Source: an uncultured Planctomycetales bacterium
GTDB lineage: Bacteria > Planctomycetota > Phycisphaerae > UBA1845 > JAFGLZ01
NCBI GenBank assembly: GCA_964596165.1
Contig: CAZQTW010000031.1
Span: forward strand, 3,924-67,923
Reading direction: 5' to 3'
Length of the DNA stretch: 64,000 nucleotides
Position numbers and translations under genes: made by a program. The notes under the pieces are model-generated. The model saw only the letters and a list, made by a program, of their open reading frames with translations. It was not told the DNA's origin and made no database searches. Below, in pieces: positions 37,206 to 46,603 of the stretch (within the stretch, counting starts at the first letter, position 1; each line of letters opens with the position of its first letter).

Positions 37206-38645
37206 ATGGCAATGACACGTCGGGAATTCGTCAGGCGTTCGGCGGCCGCCGGTGCGGTCGCGGCGTTTCCGTTTGCGACCAGTTCGCGCGTGCTGGGGGC
37301 CAATGACGAGATCCGCGTCGGCGTCGTCGGCCTGGGAAATCGTGGCGTGGGCGCACACATCCCGCTGTTCGGCAGACAGAAGGGTGTGCGGATCGCGGCG
37401 ATCTGCGATCCCGACCAGGAGCGCCTCGACAAGGCCGCCGCACAGGTCGAGAAGAGTTACAAGTACAAAGCGGCGCCGTTCGTCGACATGCGCAAGATGC
37501 TCGAGATGAAAGATCTCGACGTCGTGTGCATCGCCACCATGCAGTACTGGCACTCGCTGCAGGTGATCTGGGCCTGCCAGGCCGGCAAACACATCTACTG
37601 CGAAAAGCCGCTGGCCCACTTCATCTGGGAAGGCCGCCAGATGGTCAACGCCGCCCGGAAGTACAACCGCTTGGTGGAGGTCGGCCTCCAGAGCCGCTCG
37701 ACCCAGAACGTCTACGACACGATGGCCTACATCAAGGCGGGCCACCTAGGCAAAATCACGTACATCACGTGCTTCGCCAACAAGCCGCGAGTCCCGATCG
37801 GCAAGCGGACCGAACCGCTGCCCATCCCGCCGACGCTCGATTACGAGTTGTGGTGCGGCCCGGCCAAGAAGGATCCAATCTATCGCGACCGCATCCAGTA
37901 CGATTGCAGCTTCACATGGGACAAGGGCGACGGCGAGTCGTGCAACCAAGGCGTGCATGAGATCGACGTGGCCCGCTGGCTGATGGGCTACAATCAGCTC
38001 CCGAGGCGCGTCATCAGCCTCGGCGGGCGCTTCGTGTTCAACGATGCGGGCGACGTGCCCAACACGCAGATCATCTACTACGACTATCCTAACGTGCCGA
38101 TCCTGTACGAGGTTCACAATATGACCCGGGCCAAGGGGTCTAAGGACGCCCCCGATTTCCTCGGCGTCCGTACGGACATCTGCGTCCATTGCGAGGGCGG
38201 CACCGTGATGATGCGGAATGGGATCGTCCGCGACAAGGACGGCAAGGAGATCAAGCGGTTCCAGGGCGGCGAGACTCACTTCGAGAACTTCATCAAGGCC
38301 GTCCGTAGCGGCAAGAAGGAGGACCTGCACGCCGACGTCCTCGAAGGGCACATCTCGACGGCCATCTGTCACGCCGGAAACGTCTCGTATCGGCTGGGCA
38401 AGACGGCCACCGTCGATGAGATGAAGGCCGCGGTGAAGGAGGCTCCGCTCTTCGCGGACATGCTCGACCGGATGCTGGTACACCTGAAGGCCCACGAGGT
38501 CGACGTGGACGCCCGGACGGTCACGCTGGGCCCGTGGCTGGAATGCGATCCGCAGAACGAGTGCTTCAAGGACAACGCCGAGGCCAACACGATCGTCAAG
38601 GGCTTCTACCGCGAGCCGTGGCTCGTGCCGGAAGTGAGGGTGTGA
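37206..38645 (+). CDS. Gfo/Idh/MocA family oxidoreductase with Tat-type signal
   Basis: ORF 37143..38645. AAGGAG RBS before the ATG at 37206. MAMTRREFVRRSAAAGAVAAFPFATSSRVLGA, a Rossmann segment (IRVGVVGLGNRG) and the EKP motif (IYCEKP). Confidence 0.85.
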   Translation: MAMTRREFVRRSAAAGAVAAFPFATSSRVLGANDEIRVGVVGLGNRGVGAHIPLFGRQKGVRIAAICDPDQERLDKAAAQVEKSYKYKAAPFVDMRKMLEMKDLDVVCIATMQYWHSLQVIWACQAGKHIYCEKPLAHFIWEGRQMVNAARKYNRLVEVGLQSRSTQNVYDTMAYIKAGHLGKITYITCFANKPRVPIGKRTEPLPIPPTLDYELWCGPAKKDPIYRDRIQYDCSFTWDKGDGESCNQGVHEIDVARWLMGYNQLPRRVISLGGRFVFNDAGDVPNTQIIYYDYPNVPILYEVHNMTRAKGSKDAPDFLGVRTDICVHCEGGTVMMRNGIVRDKDGKEIKRFQGGETHFENFIKAVRSGKKEDLHADVLEGHISTAICHAGNVSYRLGKTATVDEMKAAVKEAPLFADMLDRMLVHLKAHEVDVDARTVTLGPWLECDPQNECFKDNAEANTIVKGFYREPWLVPEVRV

Positions 38646-38706
38646 GGGGCGGGCCGGGAGCAAGACATGATGATCGGATTCGCACGTCGCGGAATGGTGG
38701 AATCGC

Positions 38707-38988
38707 GTGCCGAGTGCGTCCGGTTTTGGCAGGTTGGCTTGGTTTTGTGCGCTCCTATGCGTCATGGGATGTGACCCTCCCATAACCATGGATGTGTATC
38801 AGGCACACGCCCAAGGGTACGAGAGCATGGTCGCGGCTCAGGCCACGCGTATCGGGACTCCAGACGATCCGGAAAGCACGGGCGAATACCTGGGCTGGCC
38901 GCTGGTCAGATTCCAAGATCGTGATGGTTCCGTATGGGAACTCCACATGACTGAGAAGTACCCGAAGACCTGGGGAGTCTGGGTGTAG
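38707..38988 (+). CDS. Small hypothetical lipoprotein
   Basis: 93 aa, GTG start. FGRLAWFCALLCVMGC is a lipobox-like signal. No recognisable domain. Confidence 0.4.
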   Translation: MPSASGFGRLAWFCALLCVMGCDPPITMDVYQAHAQGYESMVAAQATRIGTPDDPESTGEYLGWPLVRFQDRDGSVWELHMTEKYPKTWGVWV

Positions 38989-39043
38989 AAACCTGGAGCA
39001 AAGCCCCGGCGAGTGCCCTTTGTGATCGCGGATAGGAGACTGA

Positions 39044-40093
39044 TTGGCGACTCGTGTCCGAGCTGGCCGCCAGTCGATCTGGACCAAGCCAGTAGAAGAG
39101 GAAACTAGGCCCACGTTCAAGCTCCTGCTTCACGCCGAGCCGTCACACCTGTCGCTCACAACGTCCGACGATCAAAGTATCAAGAGATGCCGTCCGCATG
39201 TGACGTGGCGATACCTCGGCGAATCCGCCTGGCGACAGGAACTCTTCTCGCCGTTTGTCGGCTTGAAGACCGAGCAGCACCGGCTCTCGTTCGAAACAAA
39301 GGCCGGACCGCTCCGCGCGTCGATCACCATCGGACCCCAGGTGCCGGATGCCTGGGAATTCAGCGGCATGCTCACGAACGACGGCGACAAGCCCATCGAA
39401 CTGGCCCGCTTTCACTACCTCCACGGCACGATCGACAAGAAGTACGGCTTGCTGAAGGAATTCGGCAGGCTGATACGGCACGGCGAACACACGAAGCCGG
39501 AGCGCGCATTTCTGGAAGAGTTCTGGGCGAGCATGTCCGTGCGATGGCCACGACTGGCCGAGCCGATCCACGACACGGCTGACTGGGCCGTCGCGGTCGA
39601 CGTCGGCGCACTGCTCACCGCATGGAATGAGCCCGGCTGGGTCTGCGGGTGCATCGGGCCCGGGACCGCGTTCGGCGAGGTCGGCCTGCAGACGATGCCC
39701 GACGAGCCGACGTTCTACATGGGCATTCTGCTGGACAATATCGCAATCGATCCCGGCGAGGCGCGGGCGCTGGAACACGCCATCGTACACTATGGCGACC
39801 TCCAGGACGGTTTGCACTTCTGGGCCGAGCAGTGCGCCCGCCTGCATCCCAAGGCACGCGTCCCGGCACCGATGGTCGGCTACTGCTCGTGGTATCAGGT
39901 GGGCCTGTACAACTGGGCGAACGAGGCACGCCTGATTCGCGTTGCGCTGAACGACGTCGGGTTGAATCCGGACATCCGCTGGCGCCTGGCGGCATCGCGT
40001 CACACACCGAGTGTCCGGCTTGTGGACAACTGCCTGATTGTCGACAACCAGCCGCCGCACAGCCTGCGGATCGCGCAGTTGACGGCGGAGTAG
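39044..40093 (+). CDS. Hypothetical protein resembling the N-terminal part of a GH36-type alpha-galactosidase/raffinose-synthase-like enzyme; possibly truncated
   Basis: 349 aa. AGGAGA lies 5 nt upstream of the TTG at 39044. The beta-rich region ends with PMVGYCSWYQV, which resembles the GW(C/N)(S/T)W entry motif of GH36/GH27 barrels. The ORF stops about 60 aa later, and no barrel-like sequence follows in any frame. Confidence 0.35.
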   Translation: MATRVRAGRQSIWTKPVEEETRPTFKLLLHAEPSHLSLTTSDDQSIKRCRPHVTWRYLGESAWRQELFSPFVGLKTEQHRLSFETKAGPLRASITIGPQVPDAWEFSGMLTNDGDKPIELARFHYLHGTIDKKYGLLKEFGRLIRHGEHTKPERAFLEEFWASMSVRWPRLAEPIHDTADWAVAVDVGALLTAWNEPGWVCGCIGPGTAFGEVGLQTMPDEPTFYMGILLDNIAIDPGEARALEHAIVHYGDLQDGLHFWAEQCARLHPKARVPAPMVGYCSWYQVGLYNWANEARLIRVALNDVGLNPDIRWRLAASRHTPSVRLVDNCLIVDNQPPHSLRIAQLTAE

Positions 40094-40188
40094 GTGATGC
40101 CAGCTCACTGACGCAGCTTCTCGCTGCCCCCGCAGGTTGTTCCCTAACCCTCGAAACGATAAGCTGTGATTACGTAGGAGAAGGCTCC

Positions 40189-40644
40189 ATGGTCCGGCAG
40201 ATCGTTGAACCAAGGCGAGGCATCAACATGGGCAGGCTCGTCGTCGATGTAATCGTTGAAAACGTCGAAGACGTTCGAAGAGCACAGCGAGGCGAGATCC
40301 GCCCGGACCAAGTCCGCCGACAGGCGATACAGGCCTTGGTGGACACGGGGGCCACGTTTCTCTGCCTGCCGGAACCGCTCATCCGACAGCTCGGCCTCCC
40401 GTTCAACCGACAGCGCGAGGCCCGGACGATCACCGGACCGATCGTTATGCGCATCTATGGGGGCGCTCGGATTACGGTGAACGATCGTGATTGCGACGAC
40501 GAAGTGATGGCCTTGCCGGAAGGCCGCCAGCCCCTGCTCGGCCAAATACCCCTGGAGAAAATGGACTGGTGGGTAGACCTGACGAATCAGAAACTCGTCG
40601 GCAACCCCGAGCACGACGGACAGTGGATGGCCGAGGTCTACTGA
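40189..40644 (+). CDS. Stand-alone retropepsin-like (clan AA) aspartic protease
   Basis: Part of ORF 39649..40644. AGGAGA RBS 8 nt upstream of the ATG at 40189 (alternative ATG at 40228). ALVDTGATFLCLP contains the D(T/S)G active-site motif, and the size matches single-domain retropepsin-like proteins. Confidence 0.65.
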   Translation: MVRQIVEPRRGINMGRLVVDVIVENVEDVRRAQRGEIRPDQVRRQAIQALVDTGATFLCLPEPLIRQLGLPFNRQREARTITGPIVMRIYGGARITVNDRDCDDEVMALPEGRQPLLGQIPLEKMDWWVDLTNQKLVGNPEHDGQWMAEVY

Positions 40645-40928
40645 ACGCGCTTCCCTGATGGGCAAGGCTTGCCCAAACCCGCGACCAGCGCTGCTTTTCT
40701 ACCTGCGTGGGTCATCAACGCCGTCGGTGGGTGGCCGCCGCCCCAGACGTATGCCGACAAGAACCACGAAGCCCACCCCGAATGATAGAGCGAACACCAG
40801 AAGCACTCGGAGAGGCCGCTCTGCGAACTTCAGATAGTATGTCGCAGCGCATTCCGTCGGCTCCCGGAAGCATCATGTCGGTGCGTCGGGCGGCCCGCCC
40901 GAGACAAGGGTGCCCACGTTCGTCCGGC

Positions 40929-42629
40929 TCATCCCGTGGCCAGCCAGCGGGCGAGGAGGATCAGGATGCCGGTCAGTGCGAGCATGATGACGGTGACCCA
41001 GACGAAGCCGACTTTGGCGTCGCGGCCCGGTACGGCGATCTCCAGATCGGAGCCGGGGAACAGCTTCGGGTACGACTCGGCGACTTCCGCGACGGCCGGC
41101 TCCGATTCGGGCTCCTCGAACGTCCCGGTTCCGGGGATCTCGACGAGCCCGGCCGCACGCAATCGATCCTCCTGGCCGATGGGCGTGTTGAGCAAAAGGT
41201 AGAAACGATCGAGCCGCCCCTTCGGCTCGGCAGGCGTGAGCCAACTGACGATCACGCCGCCCAGTATCCCCATGGCCATGTACGACGCGACCAGCTTGGG
41301 AAGGCCGGCGTCACCCGTCCATCGCAGGTAATGTTGCGCAAACAACATGGTTCCCAGCGCCACCAGGAAGCTGGCGGCCGCTCCGTAGCGATTCGCCCGC
41401 CGCCAACAGACGGCCATGAAGAACGAAATGCCCATCAGCGGCACGGTCTTGAACGTGAACCGCATCGCCTCCGGGACGTCGGTGTAGAGGTATGAGAGCG
41501 GGATCACGATCAATGCAAAGACGACCGAGGTCATCCGGCTGATCAGCACCAGGTGCCGCTCGCCGGCGTGCTGCGGAAAGAGCCTCTTGTGAATGCTGTT
41601 CGTGTAGATGCCGGCGAAGGAGACCATGAAGACGGCCAGGTTGTCCATGATGGAGGCGAAGACGCAGGCGATCATCAGCCCCGCGAACCCCGAAGGAAGC
41701 AGCTCGCGTGCCATCGTTCCAAAGGCGTGATCGGGGTCGATCTTGCCGGCGCCGAACATGGCGATGGCCATCACACCGGTGAGCGCCCAGGGGATCGTCA
41801 TCAGCCGCTTGAGGACCATGCCGCCGATGAACCCGACGCGGCTGTCCATTTCGCTCCTGGCCGCTCCGACGTTGGCCATGATGTGCGGCTGCACGACCAT
41901 GCTCAGCAGCGAGTTGATCGACATCATGATGACCCACCAGAGGGTCATGTCCTTCTGGAGCACCAATCGAAAGGCGGCCTGCGGATCGGGCAGGGCCGCC
42001 TGGAATCCGTCGAGCCCGCCGATCCGATGCCAGAAGAACGGGACGAGCAGCACCGACATGACGATGGTCAGCAGACCCTGGATGAAGTCATTCCAGACGG
42101 CCGCGATCAATCCCCCCGCGACGCTGTAGAAGAAGGCCATCACCGCGATGACGGGAATCAGCACCTTCCACGACACGCTCTTGCCCAATAGCGACTCGAC
42201 CAGCCGGGCGGTGCCATAGAGTCCGACGGTGCTGAACGCAACCAGAATGAAAAGGGCAAAAGCGGCGTAAAGCAGCGTGAAGCCGGTCCCGAAGCGACGT
42301 TCGAAGAAGTCGGCGGTCGTCATCACGCGGGCGCGGCGGAAGATCGGCGCCAGGAGCCAGTAGATAGGCAGCGTGAAGACGTTCATCCCCTGGTACCAGT
42401 AGCCGGCCAGGCCCACCTTGTACGATTGGGCCGCGACTCCCACGGCCGAGTCGGCGTGCGTGCCAGCCCCGAAGGCGAAGAAGATCGTCATGAGCTTGCC
42501 GAACCGGCGCCCGCCCATGATGAAGTCTTCACGGTTGCGGACGAGCCGCGTGGCCACTATCCCAACGGTGGCGATGACCACGAAGTAGGCGAGCAAGACG
42601 AGGAGATCCGGCACGGTCAGGCCATACAT
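40929..42629 (-). CDS. Sodium:solute symporter family (SSF) transporter
   Basis: ORF 40929..42809. GGAGGAG RBS before the ATG at 42629. MYGLTVPDLLVLLAYFVVIATVGIVATRLV...EDFIMGGRRFG is a typical SSF N-terminus; about 13-14 TM segments. Confidence 0.8.
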   Translation of the reverse strand: MYGLTVPDLLVLLAYFVVIATVGIVATRLVRNREDFIMGGRRFGKLMTIFFAFGAGTHADSAVGVAAQSYKVGLAGYWYQGMNVFTLPIYWLLAPIFRRARVMTTADFFERRFGTGFTLLYAAFALFILVAFSTVGLYGTARLVESLLGKSVSWKVLIPVIAVMAFFYSVAGGLIAAVWNDFIQGLLTIVMSVLLVPFFWHRIGGLDGFQAALPDPQAAFRLVLQKDMTLWWVIMMSINSLLSMVVQPHIMANVGAARSEMDSRVGFIGGMVLKRLMTIPWALTGVMAIAMFGAGKIDPDHAFGTMARELLPSGFAGLMIACVFASIMDNLAVFMVSFAGIYTNSIHKRLFPQHAGERHLVLISRMTSVVFALIVIPLSYLYTDVPEAMRFTFKTVPLMGISFFMAVCWRRANRYGAAASFLVALGTMLFAQHYLRWTGDAGLPKLVASYMAMGILGGVIVSWLTPAEPKGRLDRFYLLLNTPIGQEDRLRAAGLVEIPGTGTFEEPESEPAVAEVAESYPKLFPGSDLEIAVPGRDAKVGFVWVTVIMLALTGILILLARWLATG

Positions 42630-42829
42630 GCGATTGCTCCTCCCAGGTGTGCCGGGCATGATCGCCGATACGCCAGGGTCCTGGCAACCTCCGAACGGGT
42701 CACTGGAGGAACACAGGTGCCCCCCAGCCCAACAGAGCCGGATCGCGCAAGCGACCGGACAGAGAAGGACCAGCATGTGGGCAACCGGCCGGTGTACCAG
42801 CCATCGCATGATGTCGGTTCGGGCATGCT

Positions 42830-42862
42830 ATGTCCGGGTGCTTGCGCACCACGGCTCTGATC
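42830..42862. repeat. Conserved 33-nt intergenic hairpin motif, copy 2
   Basis: ATGTCCGGGTGCTTGCGCACCACGGCTCTGATC, 32/33 identical to 37049-37081. Lies about 200 nt upstream of the SSF start (42629, minus strand). Confidence 0.6.
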
Positions 42863-43135
42863 GGGCCGTTGCGCGCACCAGATCCGTCACGCACGCGTCG
42901 AACGGATCGGCGGGCCGGGCCTCTGTCGAACCGGGTCATGAGCGAACGGGATGCCCGCTGGGCGCCCCGGAGTTCGCGGTCGGGCTCGAGGGCATCGTGG
43001 GACGAACGCTCAGCCCCAAGCGGGCAGGCCGCAAGGCGAAAGGCACATCGAAATAGGTATGGTGTCCCCTGATTTAACAGCTGACGAATCATCAGGAGAT
43101 GGAAGGAGCGGGACAATCCTCGTGTGGACCACAGA

Positions 43136-45136
43136 TCATCGCACCAAGAGAAAGGATGCGGCCGGAACCGCAATCGTGTGATCTCCGATTGAACCCTCGG
43201 TCTGTTGCGTAATGACGAGGCCGAATGGTGCGCTGTAATGTTCCTTACCGCAGAACGAGTTGATCCCGGCGAAATCGTCACCCTTTGGACCACCCCGGCG
43301 GTACTTCACCTCGACCGGAATGCGCTGCGTTCCGATTGTCAAAACAAAGTCGATTTCGGGCTCCCGTTCGCGCGATGGGAACCATGCAATATCCAAACCC
43401 GGAATGCCGCGAAGATAGTACCCCAGCACGCTCTCAATCAAGTGCCCAGCGGCGCCGCAAACCGCCTCTGAGGCGTTCGCAAGTGATGCCGGAGCCAACG
43501 GAATCGTTTCCTGAAGCACACCGTTGCGAACGAAATGGTCACACAGGCACAACTTGGCTGAGCTTTTCTGCCTCTTCTGAAGCATCTCCAGCGGAGGAAT
43601 CGCGTGGACGAGCATCGAGTCCGTGAGAAACTGGATGGCCTCGTTGACTTTGGCATCCGTCACAGCCGTCTGGAGTACGGCACCGATTTCCTGCGCCAAG
43701 GCTCTGGGACGCACATGCTGACCTGCATACCGACAGATCCGGCGAAAAGTCTCACGCAAGAATTGCGGATCGATGGCCGGCGTGTGCGGCCGATGGGCTG
43801 CATCGAACTCGATCGTCTTTGTGACTACCTCCCCGACAATCTGCTGGCGGATAAGGTTGATATCCGACACTGCAGCCGTATGGCAGATCGGGTACCCTCC
43901 CAACGCGGAGAAGTAGCCAAACGTCTTGTCACGAATTCGGGTATGTCTTCGGCCGAACGCTACCAGATCAAGCCAAAACTCCTTATTCTTCCAGTCTTCG
44001 AGGCTTGATTCGGGCGCAAATGTAGGCAACTCTCGAAGACCGCGTATACCCGCTATTTCGCCCAGGCGAAGGGGGCCAAGCTCAATCGGCGTCATGCGAC
44101 CGGCAAGGCTGTCGCGCCCCCGGGCTATCCGAAGGGCTGAGCTTCCTGTGACGAAAGTCCTTGCGCTAACATGATCCACTAGCGCCTTGAGTTGGTCTGA
44201 CCAACTCGTCAGGTTCTGAAGCTCGTCGAACAGCAAATAGACCACATCACCGCGACGCGCAAGCGCATTAACAGTCTCGTGGAGAACGTTGTCCTCGTAC
44301 CAGCGAACGATGGCGTCCACTGGATTCTTTAGCACGCCCAGCCCGGGTACTTCATCGAACTGAACACGGAGGATTCTCTGCGGCCCTACACGCTCGATCA
44401 GCAGCAAGTGTTCGATGACCTGTTCTTGAATGGTACTCTTGCCCACACGCCGTGGGCCACGGATGACTACGACTGGCGCAATGTCGGCCTTGAGCCGGGA
44501 CAGCACTTCCTTAAAAGCCCATCGCTTGAATCGCTTCACTTCCCTCGTCGGTTGCGCCTTCCACCACGGATTCGTTCGCTCCAAGAACTGGACCAGCTCC
44601 GCGGGCAGGCCACCGAGCGGGGCGGTTTCAAACAGGGGTTTGGGCTTGCGTGAGAGCTTGGCCACACGGGATACAACTCGCCAAAACTCGTGCTTGGTCA
44701 GTCTGCGGCCAGTCAGCTTGCCAAACCTTCTGTGCAATTCGTCGAACTGAGCGGTGTACGGCAAGTGGTCGCGGTCCCCGATGCCGTCAGGAAACAGCCG
44801 CAGAATCTCCAGTTGCTGTTCCTCGGTCAGTCGCGGCGTGCCAGGAGCCCTCTTCTTGCCCGTCTTCTTCGCCAAGCCGCCGCCTTTCCCGATGCTCGAT
44901 AGCATCCGCCAGAATTCGGAGTCCGTAACTTGGCGCCCCCCCCTCTTCTCGAAGCGCGTCTTCATGCGGGCGAACTCATCCGAATAGGGCAACGCGTCTC
45001 TGGGCAGCGAGCACTCATCCAGCAGCTTTATGATCGTTGCCCTGACATCTTCGGCGTACTTGATGTTTCTAGACCTAGTGACAGCGAAAGCACACCTCCT
45101 TTGCCACAACCTGCCGGAATCCAAGCCGTGCCTCAC
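43136..45136 (-). CDS. AAA+ ATPase (AAA_14/DUF4143-like) with C-terminal PD-(D/E)xK nuclease-like motif and a duplicated N-terminal module
   Basis: 666 aa, GTG start (uncertain). Walker A IRGPRRVGKST, Walker B VVYLLFDELQ, C-terminal EIDFVLTIGTQRIPVEVKY. Two copies of an LPY..F....RF.K..GR..T..EFWR module lie N-terminal of the ATPase. Confidence 0.7.
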   Translation of the reverse strand: MRHGLDSGRLWQRRCAFAVTRSRNIKYAEDVRATIIKLLDECSLPRDALPYSDEFARMKTRFEKRGGRQVTDSEFWRMLSSIGKGGGLAKKTGKKRAPGTPRLTEEQQLEILRLFPDGIGDRDHLPYTAQFDELHRRFGKLTGRRLTKHEFWRVVSRVAKLSRKPKPLFETAPLGGLPAELVQFLERTNPWWKAQPTREVKRFKRWAFKEVLSRLKADIAPVVVIRGPRRVGKSTIQEQVIEHLLLIERVGPQRILRVQFDEVPGLGVLKNPVDAIVRWYEDNVLHETVNALARRGDVVYLLFDELQNLTSWSDQLKALVDHVSARTFVTGSSALRIARGRDSLAGRMTPIELGPLRLGEIAGIRGLRELPTFAPESSLEDWKNKEFWLDLVAFGRRHTRIRDKTFGYFSALGGYPICHTAAVSDINLIRQQIVGEVVTKTIEFDAAHRPHTPAIDPQFLRETFRRICRYAGQHVRPRALAQEIGAVLQTAVTDAKVNEAIQFLTDSMLVHAIPPLEMLQKRQKSSAKLCLCDHFVRNGVLQETIPLAPASLANASEAVCGAAGHLIESVLGYYLRGIPGLDIAWFPSREREPEIDFVLTIGTQRIPVEVKYRRGGPKGDDFAGINSFCGKEHYSAPFGLVITQQTEGSIGDHTIAVPAASFLLVR

Positions 45137-45326
45137 GATTGCCTGGCAGTTGCCAAAAAGTATACCTAGTCCGTGTGCGAGATGTCACGAACCAAGACAT
45201 CCAGGTTGCATCATCAAGCGGTTGCTCAACCTGCTTCCGGAGTGCCGTTTCCCATGCGGTGGACGACAATCGCAATGGCCCCACAGGGCTGGTGATTGTC
45301 CGTTGCGAATCAACTACTCCACGCCT

Positions 45327-46433
45327 TCAGCCGAAGAGACGCCAGGGTTGGGGTTGATAGTCGGGCTGCGTGATACGGCGGAGCCATAAGCCATATTCGG
45401 CGTTGAAGCCCTCCAGGTCGTCGGTGATGTAGGCGCGGAAGAGGGCCTCGCCCCGGCTGATCGCCCGGCCGCCCGCCCGTGGGTTGGTGACGATCTGCGC
45501 CTCGATGGCCTGACGCATCGCGTCGGTACCCAGCTCCAGGCGGAGCCGCGCGAATCGCTCGACGTACTTGCCGCCGGCCCCGTGAATCATGAACGCCACC
45601 AGCGACCACGCCTGAGCATAGTAGGTCTCCACACGCTGAACCGGCTCGCGGACAATCTTGCCGGCGTCCGTCGCAAGGATGTCCTCGAGCTTGAAGAGCG
45701 ATCCGTTCGTCAAGGCCCGCCGGACGGAATTCATGCGAAAGCGATTGACGCCGGGCGTGAACACGGGCGTGTCTTCCTGCCACTCGTGCCCCTCGCAGTA
45801 ACAGGCCAACCCCTCGTTGAGCCATGCGGGAATACCCGCGTTCGGAAAGCGGCGGAAGACGTACATGTGCAGGCCTTCGTGCGCGATCACGGCGAAGGTG
45901 GTATAGCGCCGAATGTAGTACACGACCGTGCCGCCCGGCTCGGCATAGCCTCCGGACCGGATCCGCAAATAAACGTTTGCCGCCCTCGGTGAGAACTGCT
46001 TGGTGAATTGTTCCCACTCATTTCGCGTGCGAAAGACATACAAATTGCTCGGTTCATCGTTGGAATCGCCCGTCGGCAAGAGTTTGGTATATAGTTGGTG
46101 CGCGGTCTCCATGAACTTCGGCAGGACCTTGATCATCGTCTCGTCATTGATCGTCGCATGGATACGATAGTGGGGTGTGATCAGCAGCGTGCCCGGGGTG
46201 TGTCCGAACGACCACGATTGGGTGTCAACGGAAAAGTCCGGTGTCGTGGGCGTCAGCGGATGCTGACAGCCCGCCAGCAAGGTAAACCCGGCCAAGAGCG
46301 ACAGCCCTCGCGATGGAAGAAAAAACCGCCGAGCCCCTTTCTGGATTCTGCTTCCCGAATTCCCAATCCCCGTTGGCAGGTCTTCCGCGGCCTTTGGGTG
46401 GATCTCTGCGATGGGTACGGTTCTCATGCTCAT
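45327..46433 (-). CDS. Putative lipoprotein zinc metallopeptidase-like protein (HExxH; DUF1570-like)
   Basis: ORF 45327..46658. ATG at 46433 chosen as the nearest start before the lipobox LLAGFTLLAGC. HEGLHMY motif. Start uncertain. Confidence 0.5.
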   Translation of the reverse strand: MSMRTVPIAEIHPKAAEDLPTGIGNSGSRIQKGARRFFLPSRGLSLLAGFTLLAGCQHPLTPTTPDFSVDTQSWSFGHTPGTLLITPHYRIHATINDETMIKVLPKFMETAHQLYTKLLPTGDSNDEPSNLYVFRTRNEWEQFTKQFSPRAANVYLRIRSGGYAEPGGTVVYYIRRYTTFAVIAHEGLHMYVFRRFPNAGIPAWLNEGLACYCEGHEWQEDTPVFTPGVNRFRMNSVRRALTNGSLFKLEDILATDAGKIVREPVQRVETYYAQAWSLVAFMIHGAGGKYVERFARLRLELGTDAMRQAIEAQIVTNPRAGGRAISRGEALFRAYITDDLEGFNAEYGLWLRRITQPDYQPQPWRLFG

Positions 46434-46603
46434 TTGCCTGCAAAACACCGAGCCGGCTCGACCACCCGGATCGTAGAGCAATACGATCCGTGGGTCAATT
46501 CGCGGCCGAGTCTTGCGAAGCCCACGGCGGCCCTTGATAATGCCAGGAGGACCATCCCATGGGCGTAGCCACGAGCCGTTCTGAGAGGGCGACATATTTG
46601 AGC

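Noticed and set aside
40699-40806. Possible 35-codon hydrophobic mini-ORF (GTG start, MLLVFALSFGVGFVVLVGIRLGRRPPTDGVDDPRR) about 120 nt downstream of the SSF symporter gene on the same strand.
   Set aside because: It has no ATG and no Shine-Dalgarno sequence, and the GTG is one of several in the frame. It is below any length at which I can separate signal from chance. It would only be worth revisiting if ribosome profiling or conservation data exist.
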